Notes: a model not told the origin generated them from the letters alone. A DNA stretch of 62,621 nucleotides, filler included, from Asterionella formosa (GCA_002256025.1; 13 parts of 13 records of this genome joined end to end with filler, not necessarily neighbours in it), one strand, 5' to 3'; positions 13,220 through 24,450 are shown, counted from the first letter of the whole stretch. Numbers and translations: made by a program.

Positions 13220-13496
13220 TGTTGGAGAAATTATTAAAGGAAAGAAAAATCCCGGCATGAAACCTATTACACATTGAGTCGAATGAATCAAAAACGAATA
13301 CGGTAACAGAGAAAACTCATAATTCGAAAACAATCTAAATCGCCAGTAAAAGCCATAATTCTACTAAAACTCTTACGAATGATTACAATCCATTACTGCA
13401 ACCCATCGTTGTTCATATCTATAGCATATTTGGTCCCTGACGTGTCCTTACAGGATAGAAGAAAGCAATAGAGGGCTTTGGGACGCAATTTCAACA
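13220..13496 (+). mobile_element. 5' LTR (277 bp) of a degenerate Copia element
   Basis: TGTTGG...TTTCAACA termini. Homologous over its length to the reverse complement of the 3' LTR at 56998-57263. Confidence 0.85.
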
Positions 13497-16400
13497 GTTT
13501 TAATAGAATTAGCTGGCCAGGAAGAGCCGTGATATCACAATCAACAACAGGTGGACCATGGAGAGTCCAGAGACAAGATTTGAGGGTGCCAGACCATCCA
13601 GAGTCTGAATAAGTCACACAAGGCGCATAATGGGCTGAGTGGCAAAGGAAAGTTTACCAAGAGGGCTCAGGCCAAGGGCAAGTTTCAAACCAAGGGAGGA
13701 TGCAATAGTGCTTCTCACACCATCAAGAAGTCAGTTATTGACTATAACTACTACCTTGGATCAGCAAAGCATGCATCTGATTATGAGACTACTACTGAGT
13801 ACCTCATCAGCTACATCATGAAAGCTTTCGACTATGTCAATGACATAGGGACCGCGCTCAAGTTATTAGAACCAATTAACAGATCAGCATGGAAGCCAAG
13901 AATGCAAGTGAGCATTGCAACAACAGATGAAGATTGCACTGCAGAGAATCGGCAATATGAGATTGAGTTTAAAGCTGATTATGAATCCTACAGTAAATGA
14001 GTACAGGCCTACAAAAATAATAACACCAAGGCATATGCGTTGCTCTGGGAAAGATGCAACAAAGCCATGAAGAACAAGATCAAAGCGAGATCCGAAGTTG
14101 AAACAGACGAGTCAAATGAATCTTGCTTGTGTCTCCAAATTAGTCCAGTCATGACCTTTTTGGGTCTAGTCATGAACATGAATCAATCTTTACTCATAAA
14201 TGAATCAATCTTTTAGTCTTGTCGTGAACATGAGTCGATTTACTCATATATGACTTAGTTTTGTTTGTTTGGTTTGCTAAAAGTTAATTTTATAAGCTCA
14301 CTTTCTTTGGAAATACAAATAGAGTCAGATCTATCCTATAACATACTCCTAGATTCACCGTGATCCTTCGATCCACTGCCTAGCACCTGCGTTGCTGAGT
14401 ATATATATCGAGATATGTATACTATTCTTCAATAAGTCAAACCCCTTTCAGGTTAATCTATGACTTCTCTTTCAAGTTCCGATTACAAAAGGATCAACAA
14501 CAACCCAATGGCATTGCTTATGGCAATTAAAGAGAACACACATTAAATTTTCGAGAGAGTCGATATTCAATCATTTTAGATGCAATGAGAACGCTTTTAA
14601 AAACAAAGCAAAAAGAAGGAGAAAGTCTACAAGACTACACCAAGAGATTTCGTGTTGCACCAGATGCGCTCAAGTCACACATTGGAGGACCCATTATCCT
14701 CACCAAGTTCATTGAAGCCATGGATGGGTACAACAAGACAGACATCAAGCTGCGAGATAAATTCGCAAACAAGCTTCAGTCAATTTATGGCCTATTTATA
14801 CCTCGATAACGCAGATAAAGCAAAAATGGATCAATTATGACCGCGCTGAACATTCAACAGTCACTTGGCAACGATCAATACCCGAATAGTATTACCAAAT
14901 CAAATAATGTTCTCAGTAACCATAGGTTCAATGTAACAAATAAACCCAACAACCACAAGAAACCAGGAGATCATAATAAAGACAGGGACGAACAAAAGGA
15001 TGCAGGGAATGAAGATGAAGATGTGAACTTATCATTCACATAGTTAGAAGGAAAATGTTACTGCTGTGGAAGAGCTGGACATAAATCACCATCATGTCGC
15101 GATAATGATAAACCCAAAGAGGAATGGGCAATCAACAAGGCCCAACAAAGCCATGAACAGGCACAGGCTACTACTATATCAGACACAAGTACGGTTACCT
15201 CTGTTCTTACTTCCAACAACCCACCGTCATCACAAGCTTCAAAACTAGCAAATGTCAATCAATTTGGATGGGCGGGAGCTCATATCAAACTAAAATTTTA
15301 CCAATCATCTGTGATGCCTGACTGGATACTATTGGATAGTCAATCAAGTGTCACAGTCTTTTGCAATCCAATAATAGTTGAAATCATTCAAATGTCAACC
15401 AATGGAAGTATACACCTGGCCACAAATGGTGGATCCAGGGTCACTATTATGAGGGCTGATCTTCCACAATGGGGAGCAGTATGGTCTAATGATAAGGCAA
15501 TCACCAACATCTTCAGTTATGCCGAAATGGCAGATAGCTATAGGATTACCTACAACTCTGAGAAAGAAGGTGCATTTATTGTTCATTTGCCTGACAAACA
15601 AGTTCGATTGGAATGAATTGGGATGAATCTTTATGTTTTCAAGCCTCCTACAACTATTAAGGCTGAGAATGCTCTAATGTTTAATACAGTTGAAGAAAAC
15701 AAAAAATTCTACACTGAACGTGAACTTGAGAGAGCCAAGCAAGCCTGTGATCTATTTCATGCCCTGGACACACCATCAATTAACGATTTCAAGGCAAGAA
15801 TTTGTATGAATACGATCAACAATAATCCAGTGACTACCGATGATATCAAGATTGCCAAGAAAATTTTCGGACCTGATGTCGGAACACTAAAAGGCAAGAC
15901 AACTTGTCGCAAGCCTCTGCCAGTTGTGAACCACTACATCGAGATTCCTAAAGAGCTTATCAAAGCTCAACGCGAAGTGATTCTTTGCATGGATGGAATG
16001 AAAGTGAATGGACAATCATTTCTCACAAAAATTTCTTGAAACATTATGTATAGGACAGCGCAATGGGCGGGTCAAGAATCAGACAGCAAATGTCTATCGA
16101 GATGTTTTGACTCAGGTATTCCGTGTTTTCAATACTGGAGGATTTAAAATTGCAACAATCCACTGTGACAACAAGTTTTGACCATTGATGGAACATCTTT
16201 CCAATGAATTTCAAGTCACTATGAACTATGCAAACCCACAAGAAGATGTTCCTGAAGCGGAGCGAAATAATCGAGTGATTAAAGAACGTGGGCGCGCAGC
16301 TTATCATCGATTACTTTTCAAACATTTGCCATGACCAATGATTAAGATTCTAGTCACAGAATCTGCAAAGAAATTGAATTTCTTTCCAGCAAAGAACGGG

Positions 16401-17340
16401 ATATCCTCGTATTACAGTCCTTGTATGATTTTACATCAACGAAACCTGGACTAAGCTCAACATTGCCAGTATACATATGGCACCTATGTCCAAGCACATG
16501 AAGAACCGGTGTTTTCAAACACTAATGCACCACGCAGCCTAGATTGTATTTATCTACGCTACAATTACAACGTGCAAGTAGGTCATGAAATATTACATCT
16601 ACCTACAAATTCATTGTTCACTAGATGAACAGTTACTCCTCTACCACTTACCCCGCCCAGCAATCATAAATCAAGTACACGCCCTTGCTCTGCAGGAAAA
16701 TTGCCAGATGGTCTCAAGATATCAAATCGAACGGGACAACTATTTTATAACAGTGCTTGGATTATGACAATGAAGCATTTGAAGATGCACAAGACGAAGA
16801 TTATGAAGATCAACAAGGGCAGCTTTTGACGATGAAAGCAGATAATGATGAATTTCTCGGAGAAGACTATGATGAAATGACTCCGGATGAAATATATGAA
16901 GCAGAACAGCTTGAATTAACCAAAAATTTCCAAGAGGATGACCCTGAACCTGAGGGCAACAATGAAAAAATGTTGAAATGATTGCAGATGAAATCCAAGA
17001 TGAGGATGAGGAACCAGTAAATGAAACTGAAAACAAAGAGGCAATGTTAGAAGTCAATCCAAGCACTCAGGATGACACAGAACCAAATGTTAGAACTACA
17101 AGGTCTGGAAGAGTCTCAAGACCACCATCAAAACAAACTATGGTCCAACATCATTTGCATACCCAAGCACACTGTCAAGAAGAATACACAACTGATAATG
17201 CGAAAGTGATTGCAATGACAATGTGTTTTATGAATGAGATGTGTATCGATAAAGAAGCATTTCAATTTGTTCAGTCATGCATCTTAAGAAAGGCCTCAAG
17301 AAACTTGGCAAGAAAGGAAGGGATGCTGCGTATAAAGAAA
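13497..17340 (+). mobile_element. Degenerate Ty1/Copia (CoDi-type) internal region: gag, zinc knuckle, protease, integrase, start of RT; 3'-truncated
   Basis: QKEGESLQDYTKRF, CYCCGRAGHKSPSC, WILLDSQS, integrase remnants (IHCD...PEAERNNRVIKE) and KKGLKKLGKKG. Many stops and frameshifts. Colinear with the intact frame at 58204-59609. Confidence 0.92.
14096..14477. mobile_element. 382-bp insertion (probable solo LTR) nested in the Copia gag, with 5-bp TSD TCCGA
   Basis: TCCGA at 14091-14095 and 14478-14482. The intact relative (minus strand, about 59490-59515) has a single TCCGA at this site. Termini AGTTGAAA...TTTCAAGT. Confidence 0.85.
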
Positions 17341-17850
17341 CGCATCGCAAGAATGTTGCATCAGCACTCAACATTCTGAAATCAACAGTATACTACATTG
17401 CCAGAGGCCCCCAACAGGGGGACAACATTAGAGCACAGACAAATGCTGACTGTCCGAAGTTAACAGAAGAAGGTAATACTATTTGGGTTTTTAATTGCGC
17501 TATACATTTACAGTTCTTGAATCACCCTGCACAACTTCACCCATCACCCAAAGGGGCTTTCGACCCATCAGGTAAGTTTGGGTTCTAGCTACAACAGATT
17601 CTACAATCAGGGTTCATGTCAATGAAAAATGTTTTTCTGTTCAAGAGATTAAACATATAATTATTTGAATGAGGGGGAGAGGGGACCGATTCAGAGGACA
17701 AAGCACAAGGATCATATAGAGAAGGTAATGTCTCTTTCAGCTGTTGCACATCCAAGGTATGACGAAAATTGAATGTGCATGTTTGATGGCAAGATTGGTA
17801 TATGGCTCATCATTCAGAAGACTCCAGTGCTTAGGAATTCGGTAAAGTTT
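17341..17850 (+). pseudogene. Degenerate Tc1/mariner transposase fragment (plant/stramenopile DD39D-like)
   Basis: VHVNEKCF (cf. HIDEKWF), TKHKDHIEKVMSLSAVAHPRYD and FDGKIGIW motifs. Homologous to 45040-45515. Confidence 0.8.
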
Positions 17851-17968
17851 GGTTGCAACTATAGTTGAACAGAGGTAGTATTGTGTCTCCATTTACAGTA
17901 ACATTCGAAAAGGCCGTACAAAAGGTATTAAATAATTAAATCTCAGTTGCACTTCAAAAGTGATTCTA

Positions 17969-18040
17969 TCCGACATAGTATAGTGGCTAGTATCCCCGCC
18001 TGTCACGCGGGAGACCGGGGTTCGATTCCCCGTGTCGGAG
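17969..18040 (+). tRNA. trnD-GTC: tRNA-Asp (GTC)
   Basis: Acceptor TCCGACA/TGTCGGA plus G discriminator, anticodon arm CCCGC-CTGTCAC-GCGGG, T arm CGGGG-TTCGATT-CCCCG, no encoded CCA, TTTTT Pol III terminator at 18044-18048. Confidence 0.97.
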
Positions 18041-18130
18041 TACTTTTTGATGACATTGCACAAGAAAGCTTTTTTATTTTGTTGAGTACCTTTTGATGAC
18101 ATTGCACAAGAAAGCTTTTTTATTTTGTTG
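18039..18130 (+). repeat. 46-bp tandem duplication at the tRNA 3' end
   Basis: AGTAC(T/C)TTTTGATGACATTGCACAAGAAAGCTTTTTTATTTTGTTG twice (18039-18084, 18085-18130), one mismatch. Confidence 0.9.
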
Positions 18131-18439
18131 ACTACCGTTTTTTTCTTCGTTTTTTCTTGTTGATCGGTACATAGACTGCATACCTGGTACTAGGGGTACC
18201 GACTTTTGCCGGTAATCCGAGTACGGTACCCTGGTACCAGGTAAACCTGGTAATTGTCTCTCATATTTAACAAAAAGGTACACCTTGTACATACCATGTG
18301 CTCAAAACGATGAAATCGAGATCTTTCATCGTGGTACCCTGGTAATCTGTCTCAAACAAAGCCTCGGGCCGTCGCACCACATTAGACGCAACTCTTAAAC
18401 AAAATACTGTACCGGTATAACAATTGGAACAAAAGACAT

Positions 18440-20011
18440 ATGGTATTTCTTTTCGGCGAGAGCTCAGCGGAAAACGCTCTGAATCCAGCCACAGAGGGGG
18501 CAGAGAGGAGGACAACCTACTGCTCCATTGGCTCAGAAGGAACAGATTTATCTGATGTTGACATAAAGAGGGAACTTGCGAGCTTTCTCGCTGCCATGGG
18601 CGATCGCGACGAAGTCTTGATCCTTCCTCCTGACTTTACTCGTTTTCATTCCCAGTCTGGTAAACTTACTCGTTTCGTGGCCGAATATTATAATTTTGTA
18701 CAAGGTTCAACTCCTTCATCCGAAATCGCTCCCGAGAATAGGACATCAATGTCTACCATACCCAAGATTGAAATCATGCCGGCCCTAGGAACTCACGTAC
18801 CCATGACAAAGGATCAAATAAAGAAAATGTTTGGTGAAAATCTTGCAGATAAAGACCCCTTCCTTGTTCATGATTGGCGCAATGATGTGGTGACGATTGG
18901 TGAAGTTCCTGCTGAGATGGTGAGCGAAGCAACTTATGGAATGGTGGAGAAGCCCTGGCCGGCGCAGCTGAACAGGTTGGTTTGGGAAAAGAGGATCAGG
19001 GCAAGCAAACCGAACCCCCTGGTCCTCTCTATCGGCCAAGTGGTACCGCACGAAGTCATGGGAATGGCGAATTTTAACAAGAATTTGTTTGTTGGTGTCG
19101 GAGGCGTAGAAGCTATCAACCTCTCGCATTTCATCGGGGCAGTCCATGGAATGGAGAAGATGATGGGACGAGCTGACAACCCGTTGAGATCCATTCTCAA
19201 TTATGCATCTGAGAAATACCTTCAAAATGAACTTGATCTTTGGTACATTCTAACTGTTATTGGTACAAACGAGCAGGGTGAGATGCAAATGAAAGGACTC
19301 TACATCGGAAACGATATTGAGTGCTACACACAGGCGTGTGAGCTAAGTCTGAAGGTGAACTTCATGCTATTGGAGAAGCCACCTAAAAGAATAGTTATCT
19401 TTCTTGATGAAGATGAATTCCACTCGACGTGGCTAGGTAACAAGGCTATCTACAGAACAAGGATGGCCATTGACGACGGGGGTGAACTCATCATCCTAGC
19501 TCCCGGTGTTAATCGGTTCGGTGAAGACAGCAGAGTGGATACTTTAATTCGAAAGTTTGGCTACATTGGTACTCCAAAGATTATGAAACTAATGAATGAA
19601 TACACAGACTTACAGGAAAACCTTTCGGCGGTTGCACATCTAATACATGGGAGTTCTGAGGGTCGATTTAAGGTGACCTATTGTCCAGGACATCTCACAC
19701 GAGAGGAAGTAGAAGGCGTGGGTTTTCATTATGCTGACTTGGCCGAAATGCAGAAACGGTATAACGTCAAGGAACTCAAGGATGGCTGGAATCAGGAAGT
19801 GATTGCTAGCAAGGAAGAAGAATTCTTCTATGTATCTAATCCAGCACTTGGACTGTGGGCTGTTAAAAGTCGATTTGAATCAAGCGATGTCGACCCCAGG
19901 ATGGACGTGGAATCCGTTGGAATATTCAGTAGCTTGTCAGGAAATAACCAACAAGGAGTCGGGGAAAGCGGGGGAGTCGGAGGCTGGATGAAATCCCCAA
20001 GAGTACCATAG
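18440..20011 (+). CDS. larA: LarA-superfamily (lactate racemase / 2-hydroxyacid epimerase, DUF2088) protein
   Basis: PPDFTRFH, PALGTH, VHDW, GQVVPHEVMGMANFNKN...INLSH and WLGNKAIY motifs. Single 523-aa ORF. Substrate cannot be determined from sequence. Confidence 0.85.
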   Translation: MVFLFGESSAENALNPATEGAERRTTYCSIGSEGTDLSDVDIKRELASFLAAMGDRDEVLILPPDFTRFHSQSGKLTRFVAEYYNFVQGSTPSSEIAPENRTSMSTIPKIEIMPALGTHVPMTKDQIKKMFGENLADKDPFLVHDWRNDVVTIGEVPAEMVSEATYGMVEKPWPAQLNRLVWEKRIRASKPNPLVLSIGQVVPHEVMGMANFNKNLFVGVGGVEAINLSHFIGAVHGMEKMMGRADNPLRSILNYASEKYLQNELDLWYILTVIGTNEQGEMQMKGLYIGNDIECYTQACELSLKVNFMLLEKPPKRIVIFLDEDEFHSTWLGNKAIYRTRMAIDDGGELIILAPGVNRFGEDSRVDTLIRKFGYIGTPKIMKLMNEYTDLQENLSAVAHLIHGSSEGRFKVTYCPGHLTREEVEGVGFHYADLAEMQKRYNVKELKDGWNQEVIASKEEEFFYVSNPALGLWAVKSRFESSDVDPRMDVESVGIFSSLSGNNQQGVGESGGVGGWMKSPRVP

Positions 20012-20272
20012 CGCGGTACAATATTTACGGACGGGGTTTGTCGATCGTCAACGCGGCTACACCTCCAAACTAGGAATGTGCCAGCAGTTTTGGAAGCTTC
20101 GTCTTAAAATTACTGCTAATGAATGTCACTGGCAGTTTTCCAATCTGCTTCTTCGGCAGGTTGAGTACCCCAAAGTCTAAATGACTCTATCCTAGCTACC
20201 GGATTTCAACCACTAGCCTAGGACGAGATAAGCACGGTCATTAACTTTGTCAACAAATCGAGTTGAATAAAG

Positions 20273-21585
20273 TTACACGTTGAATCGGAACAAAATAATA
20301 TCGCCTTCTTGTACCACATATTCCTTTCCTTCACTTCTCATCCGACCTTTATTTTTGGCTGCTAGCTCACTTCCAGCCTCCACGAGGTCATCGTAAGAAA
20401 CAGTCTCGGCCCTAATGAAACCTCGCTCGAAATCGTTATGAATGACGCCAGCAGCTTTGGGGGCAGTCCAACCCTTTTTGATTGTCCATGCCCGTGTTTC
20501 CGTTTCGCCGCTTGTATAATACGTCTGAAGTTGAAGGATATCATACGTCTCGCGGACAAGGGCACGAAGTCCACATTCGTCAAGGCTAACACCAAGAGAC
20601 TCAAGAAAGTCGAGCTTGTCTTGCTCCTCCAATTCAACAAGCTCAGCTTCAACTTGAGCAGATACGAGAACGAGCTTAGCACCTTCTGAAGCTGCCAAGA
20701 TTTTCAACTTGTCCACATTCGCATTTCCAGTGGCAAGATCACTGTCAGCAACATTCGCGGCATAAATCATCTTCTTTCTGGTCAGGAGCCCGAGCGACTT
20801 GATGGACAGTTCTTCGGCCTCGTCCAATGCGGCTTTTCTAGCAGGTTCATTGTTCATCAAAACTGCAAACACCTTTTCAAGCGCTTGGACCTCTACAGGG
20901 TCGCCTTTCTTATCTTTTCTTGCCCTTTCAATTCTCTTTTCGACAGAGGCCAAGTCAGCTAGGGCCAGTTCGAGATTGATGAGTTCTGCGTCGCGAACAG
21001 GATCAACTGTTCCATCAACGTGAATGACATTTTCATCTTCAAAGCAACGAACAACGTGCACAATAGCATCACATTGTCGGATGGTAGCAAGGAATTTATT
21101 TCCGAGGCCTTCGCCATCGGAAGCACCCTTCACGAGCCCGGCAACATCGACAAACTCCATAGTGGCAGGGACAACCTGGAAATAACTGATGTGAGATTTT
21201 GAGCAATCCCGATGATTTTATTTAATGCCTTGTTGCGCTGCTGACCATTGCTTACCTTCACACTCTTGTTGATCTTCTCAAGCACTTGAAGCTTCGGATC
21301 TGGGACAGTAACGATGCCAACATTGGGTTCGATGGTACAGAAAGGGTAGTTGGCAGCCTCAGCAGCCTGCGATTCAGTGAGAGCATTGAACAAGGTCGAC
21401 TTCCCAACATTCGGAAGTCCAACGATAGCAGTCTGTAACTTCATCGAAAGCTTGCTAGATGAATATTTTCTCCCGGAAACAATTCTATTCCCTCTCGCAA
21501 AAGCCGAGGATGCCGATGAAACATAGGCCGTAGATCGCGGAATAACCGCAAGAGCAGCAAGGAACATGGTGATTGTTATCCTCAT
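20273..21585 (-). CDS. ychF: YchF/OLA1 ribosome-binding ATPase, bacterial type, probably plastid-targeted; exons 21585-21256 and 21175-20273
   Basis: [63 protein letters not shown]. Phase-0 intron 21176-21255 (GTAAGC...TTTCCAG). Signal peptide ending STA-YV then a Ser/Arg-rich transit peptide. Start could be 21615 or 21567. Confidence 0.95.
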
Positions 21586-21949
21586 CAGCGGCAGTGTTTC
21601 CAATTGTAGGAGCATGGGGACTGGGAGGTCCGATGATGATGATGGGCACCGCTTTTGGAAGCTGCGAGCGGTGACGATTCAGGACAGCCATCAAAATCCA
21701 CAGCCATCATCACAGCATCGGCCAACAGGAAACGATTTTTCCCTACGCCCCCACCATGACATGAACAAAACGTCAACACGTAAGACTCCTCCTCCTCATA
21801 TTCTTCTTACATACTACGGATTACCAGGCTACATACTGGTAGGTGTCTGCTGTGCGACCTGGACCTAACTACCGGTATGTACCTTTGTACGGTACCAGGT
21901 ACCAGGTACGACCCAAAAACTGAGAGTCCCACATACAACCTTTTTGTTT

Positions 21950-22870
21950 TTGTAGAAACTGATACCGGGGGTGCCTATAGTTGCAAAATAAATTTTCAAG
22001 TACGTTTGTTTCACAGATAATATTTTAAGTACATTTAATAAACTAACTAAAAATTGCACTTGTGCTGGTGTCAACAATTCAACTAGTAGTTCACTTCTGT
22101 TTCTTTTGAACTCTGGGTCTTCTGCCATGACTGCGTTGCCATAAAGAAGGGGCGAAGAAGGGGCAAGGACGAGGTGGGGTTGTGCACCTCCAATTCCATT
22201 TTCTCCTGGAGTAGTGGTACGATGCCATGCATTGACCGCCAAGTCAACTGATTCCACCCATTGGCGCTTGATTTGTACCTCTGCTGGTGGGAGACGAAAA
22301 AAGGATTTATCTTCTAGTACATGAACCTTTCCTTGGTCCCTTTTGTATCATGCAATGATCTTTTCATCGACCTCTTTCAAGAATTTTGCCAATTGTTCTT
22401 CTTCAGTCTTGTCATATAACTCCTCGCTCTGGTGTATCCAACAGTCAGTTCCTATTTGCCATAATTCTTTAAAAACAATCTTCGCTCCAACTGGCTGCCC
22501 ATCAGTTGGGGCTGTGGTTGTTCCCCCAGACCTCTTTCATTGTGATACACCCTTGTGGCCCTGTTCCAGGTTTTACTGCTGGTTCTTCCATGGAAGGCTT
22601 GATTCCATCCTATGTCGATTTGGTTCACGAAGGCCTCAAATGTAAGCCTCCCCACTTCATCCATTGGTATCATTGGTCCAACCCATTGCGCCGGTTCATT
22701 GTTAAGCTGCTGATCGATACCTATCTTGATTTTTTGTGCTGTCTATGAGGAAGAGAATGCATGTTCTCTTGAGACACTACTCACTAAACTGCTGCATCAA
22801 CTTATTCCTGTAGGGTATTGCTTGCTGACATCGAAGGATATGGTTGAAATCTTCGTTTAACATCTACAAC
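21950..22870 (-). mobile_element. Degenerate LINE 3' fragment
   Basis: EDFNHILRCQ (end of the CCHC finger) and QIDIGWNQAFHGRTSSKTW, typical of the C-terminal region of diatom non-LTR elements. Frameshifted; boundaries approximate. Confidence 0.55.
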
Positions 22871-22987
22871 GCCGATTACTGGTACAGCCGCCACAAAAAA
22901 AACGCTAGTCAAATATGATCACCCAAATTAATTATTTGGGTGGCCCAATATGACGAATTTAGCTACGTACATAATTTAAGGGTATGA

Positions 22988-23087
22988 NNNNNNNNNNNNN
23001 NNNNNNNNNNNNNNNNNNNNNNNNNNNNNNNTTAATTAATTAANNNNNNNNNNNNNNNNNNNNNNNNNNNNNNNNNNNNNNNNNNNN
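22988..23087. other. Artificial contig linker N44-TTAATTAATTAA-N44 (also 46050-46149, 47558-47657, 49065-49164, 50572-50671, 52079-52178, 53586-53685, 55092-55191, 56598-56697, 58104-58203, 59610-59709, 61116-61215)
   Basis: Twelve identical 100-bp spacers with stop codons in all six frames. Flanking contigs are in descending length order. Confidence 0.99.
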
Positions 23088-23290
23088 GTTATTGAGTTCT
23101 GATATAAATGATAAAACCTTAATCCTATATACATTTGTATTGATGTACGGGATTGCTCACTCTCCCATACTGAGAGGGATACAACGAATATTAATTTGTT
23201 CCATAATATGCATAGTTCATTGAAAAGTGACTATGCCATTGGAATGTGCTTGAATGATAGGATAGTATGTTTTATAGCCTGTTCGTACTC
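23088..23290 (-). mobile_element. Degenerate Gypsy 3' end (integrase tail, PPT, LTR start)
   Basis: Homologous to 55510-55670, e.g. GATTGCTCACTCTCCCA and GAATATTAATT..TTC..TAATATGCATAGT..TTGAAAAGT. Confidence 0.7.
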
Positions 23291-24039
23291 CCCTATTTCT
23301 TGGTAAGTCTTTCATTGTGCTACTACCTGCCTACCAACAAGACCTGTGCTTCCCTAGTTTTGTTAACATAGGTGAGTTTCCAACCACCTTTCGCAAAAGG
23401 TGACCATCTTAGCCGCAGCGTTAGGGGAAACTCCGACCGTCTGGGAAGGCGGCACAAGCTTCAAAGCTGCTTGTAGGGGCAGGGCAACCCATTATCCAGC
23501 TGACGACAAACCTGCCTTAAAAAATGTTTCATTGTTCATTAATCAAACTTCTGTTCAGGATATTGTGAAAGAAATCAAGTTGTCGAACAACAGAATAAAA
23601 TAGCGAGCAAGACTAAGTAAAAGCTTTCCAAATTCGTCATGTCCAATTACAGGGATGATCGAAATTGTATTTTTATTGAATCAGCATATGAAGCTGAAAA
23701 CGTTTTTGTCAATAATACCACCATTGAGAATCCTGAAGGTAGTTAATATTCAGAGGAAAATGCATGTCAACTCATGTCTTCGAACCTCCATGTACCTGAA
23801 CATTCCGAAAACAAAACAACATTTCGAGCGATGGGAAGAACTTTATTCTCAAACTCCCAAAGAAGTTTTTCTTATGCTGCGAAAACTTTTAATTTAGTAC
23901 ATTTTAAAAAAAGAAGTTGAGGCATTTAAATCACTTGCATATTGGGATTTTCAAAACAAGAATCCAAAATCTCATTTGATTCATAGCACATGAACTCCAT
24001 CCCACCAATGTGAGTGTTATTGTGGATGTTGATGACAAT

Positions 24040-24450
24040 CTACAAATGGATTGTGGTGGAAACACTTCTAGTGGGAATTGTCACCCGTTGTATATTGAGT
24101 GTACCTATGTGATTACAGTGTACTGCAAGAGAACTGGCCTTGTTACCAGGTGAGAGATAAAAATAAAGCGGTAAGGCACCATCGTTTTTCGTATTGTTTA
24201 ACGCACCACCATGTACTGTATCTCCACGCATGAGAAAAATCATTTTCATTGGAATCTCCAATGAAGCGGCAAAATTATTTGGAGGAATAACATCATCACT
24301 TCTTAAACTAGTTTCACCATCCCACACATTCAATTCATTACCACCAGCGCTTAGTGCCATGATTAACCCCCAGGGCATGGGATTATCTTTTTTCATTTCT
24401 TCGTCACTGTAGTCAAGATGGGGTTTCTGGTATCTATAGGTGATGGATGG
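24040..24450 (-). pseudogene. Fe(II)/2-oxoglutarate dioxygenase-like (cupin) fragment
   Basis: In-frame upstream extension gives YQKPHLDY (HxD) ... PWGLIMAL ... LNVW ... MRGDTVHGG (distal His). No clear start; surrounded by decayed sequence. Confidence 0.5.

Noticed and set aside
18440..21585. larA plus ychF as a bacterial contaminant or transferred operon
   Set aside because: The genes are convergent, ychF has a spliceosomal intron and a plastid-type presequence, and the contig carries eukaryotic genes.
23032..23043. Recurrent palindrome TTAATTAATTAA at about 1.5-kb spacing in the right part of the window
   Set aside because: Always centred in 88 Ns; it is a synthetic six-frame-stop linker and the periodicity comes from size sorting.
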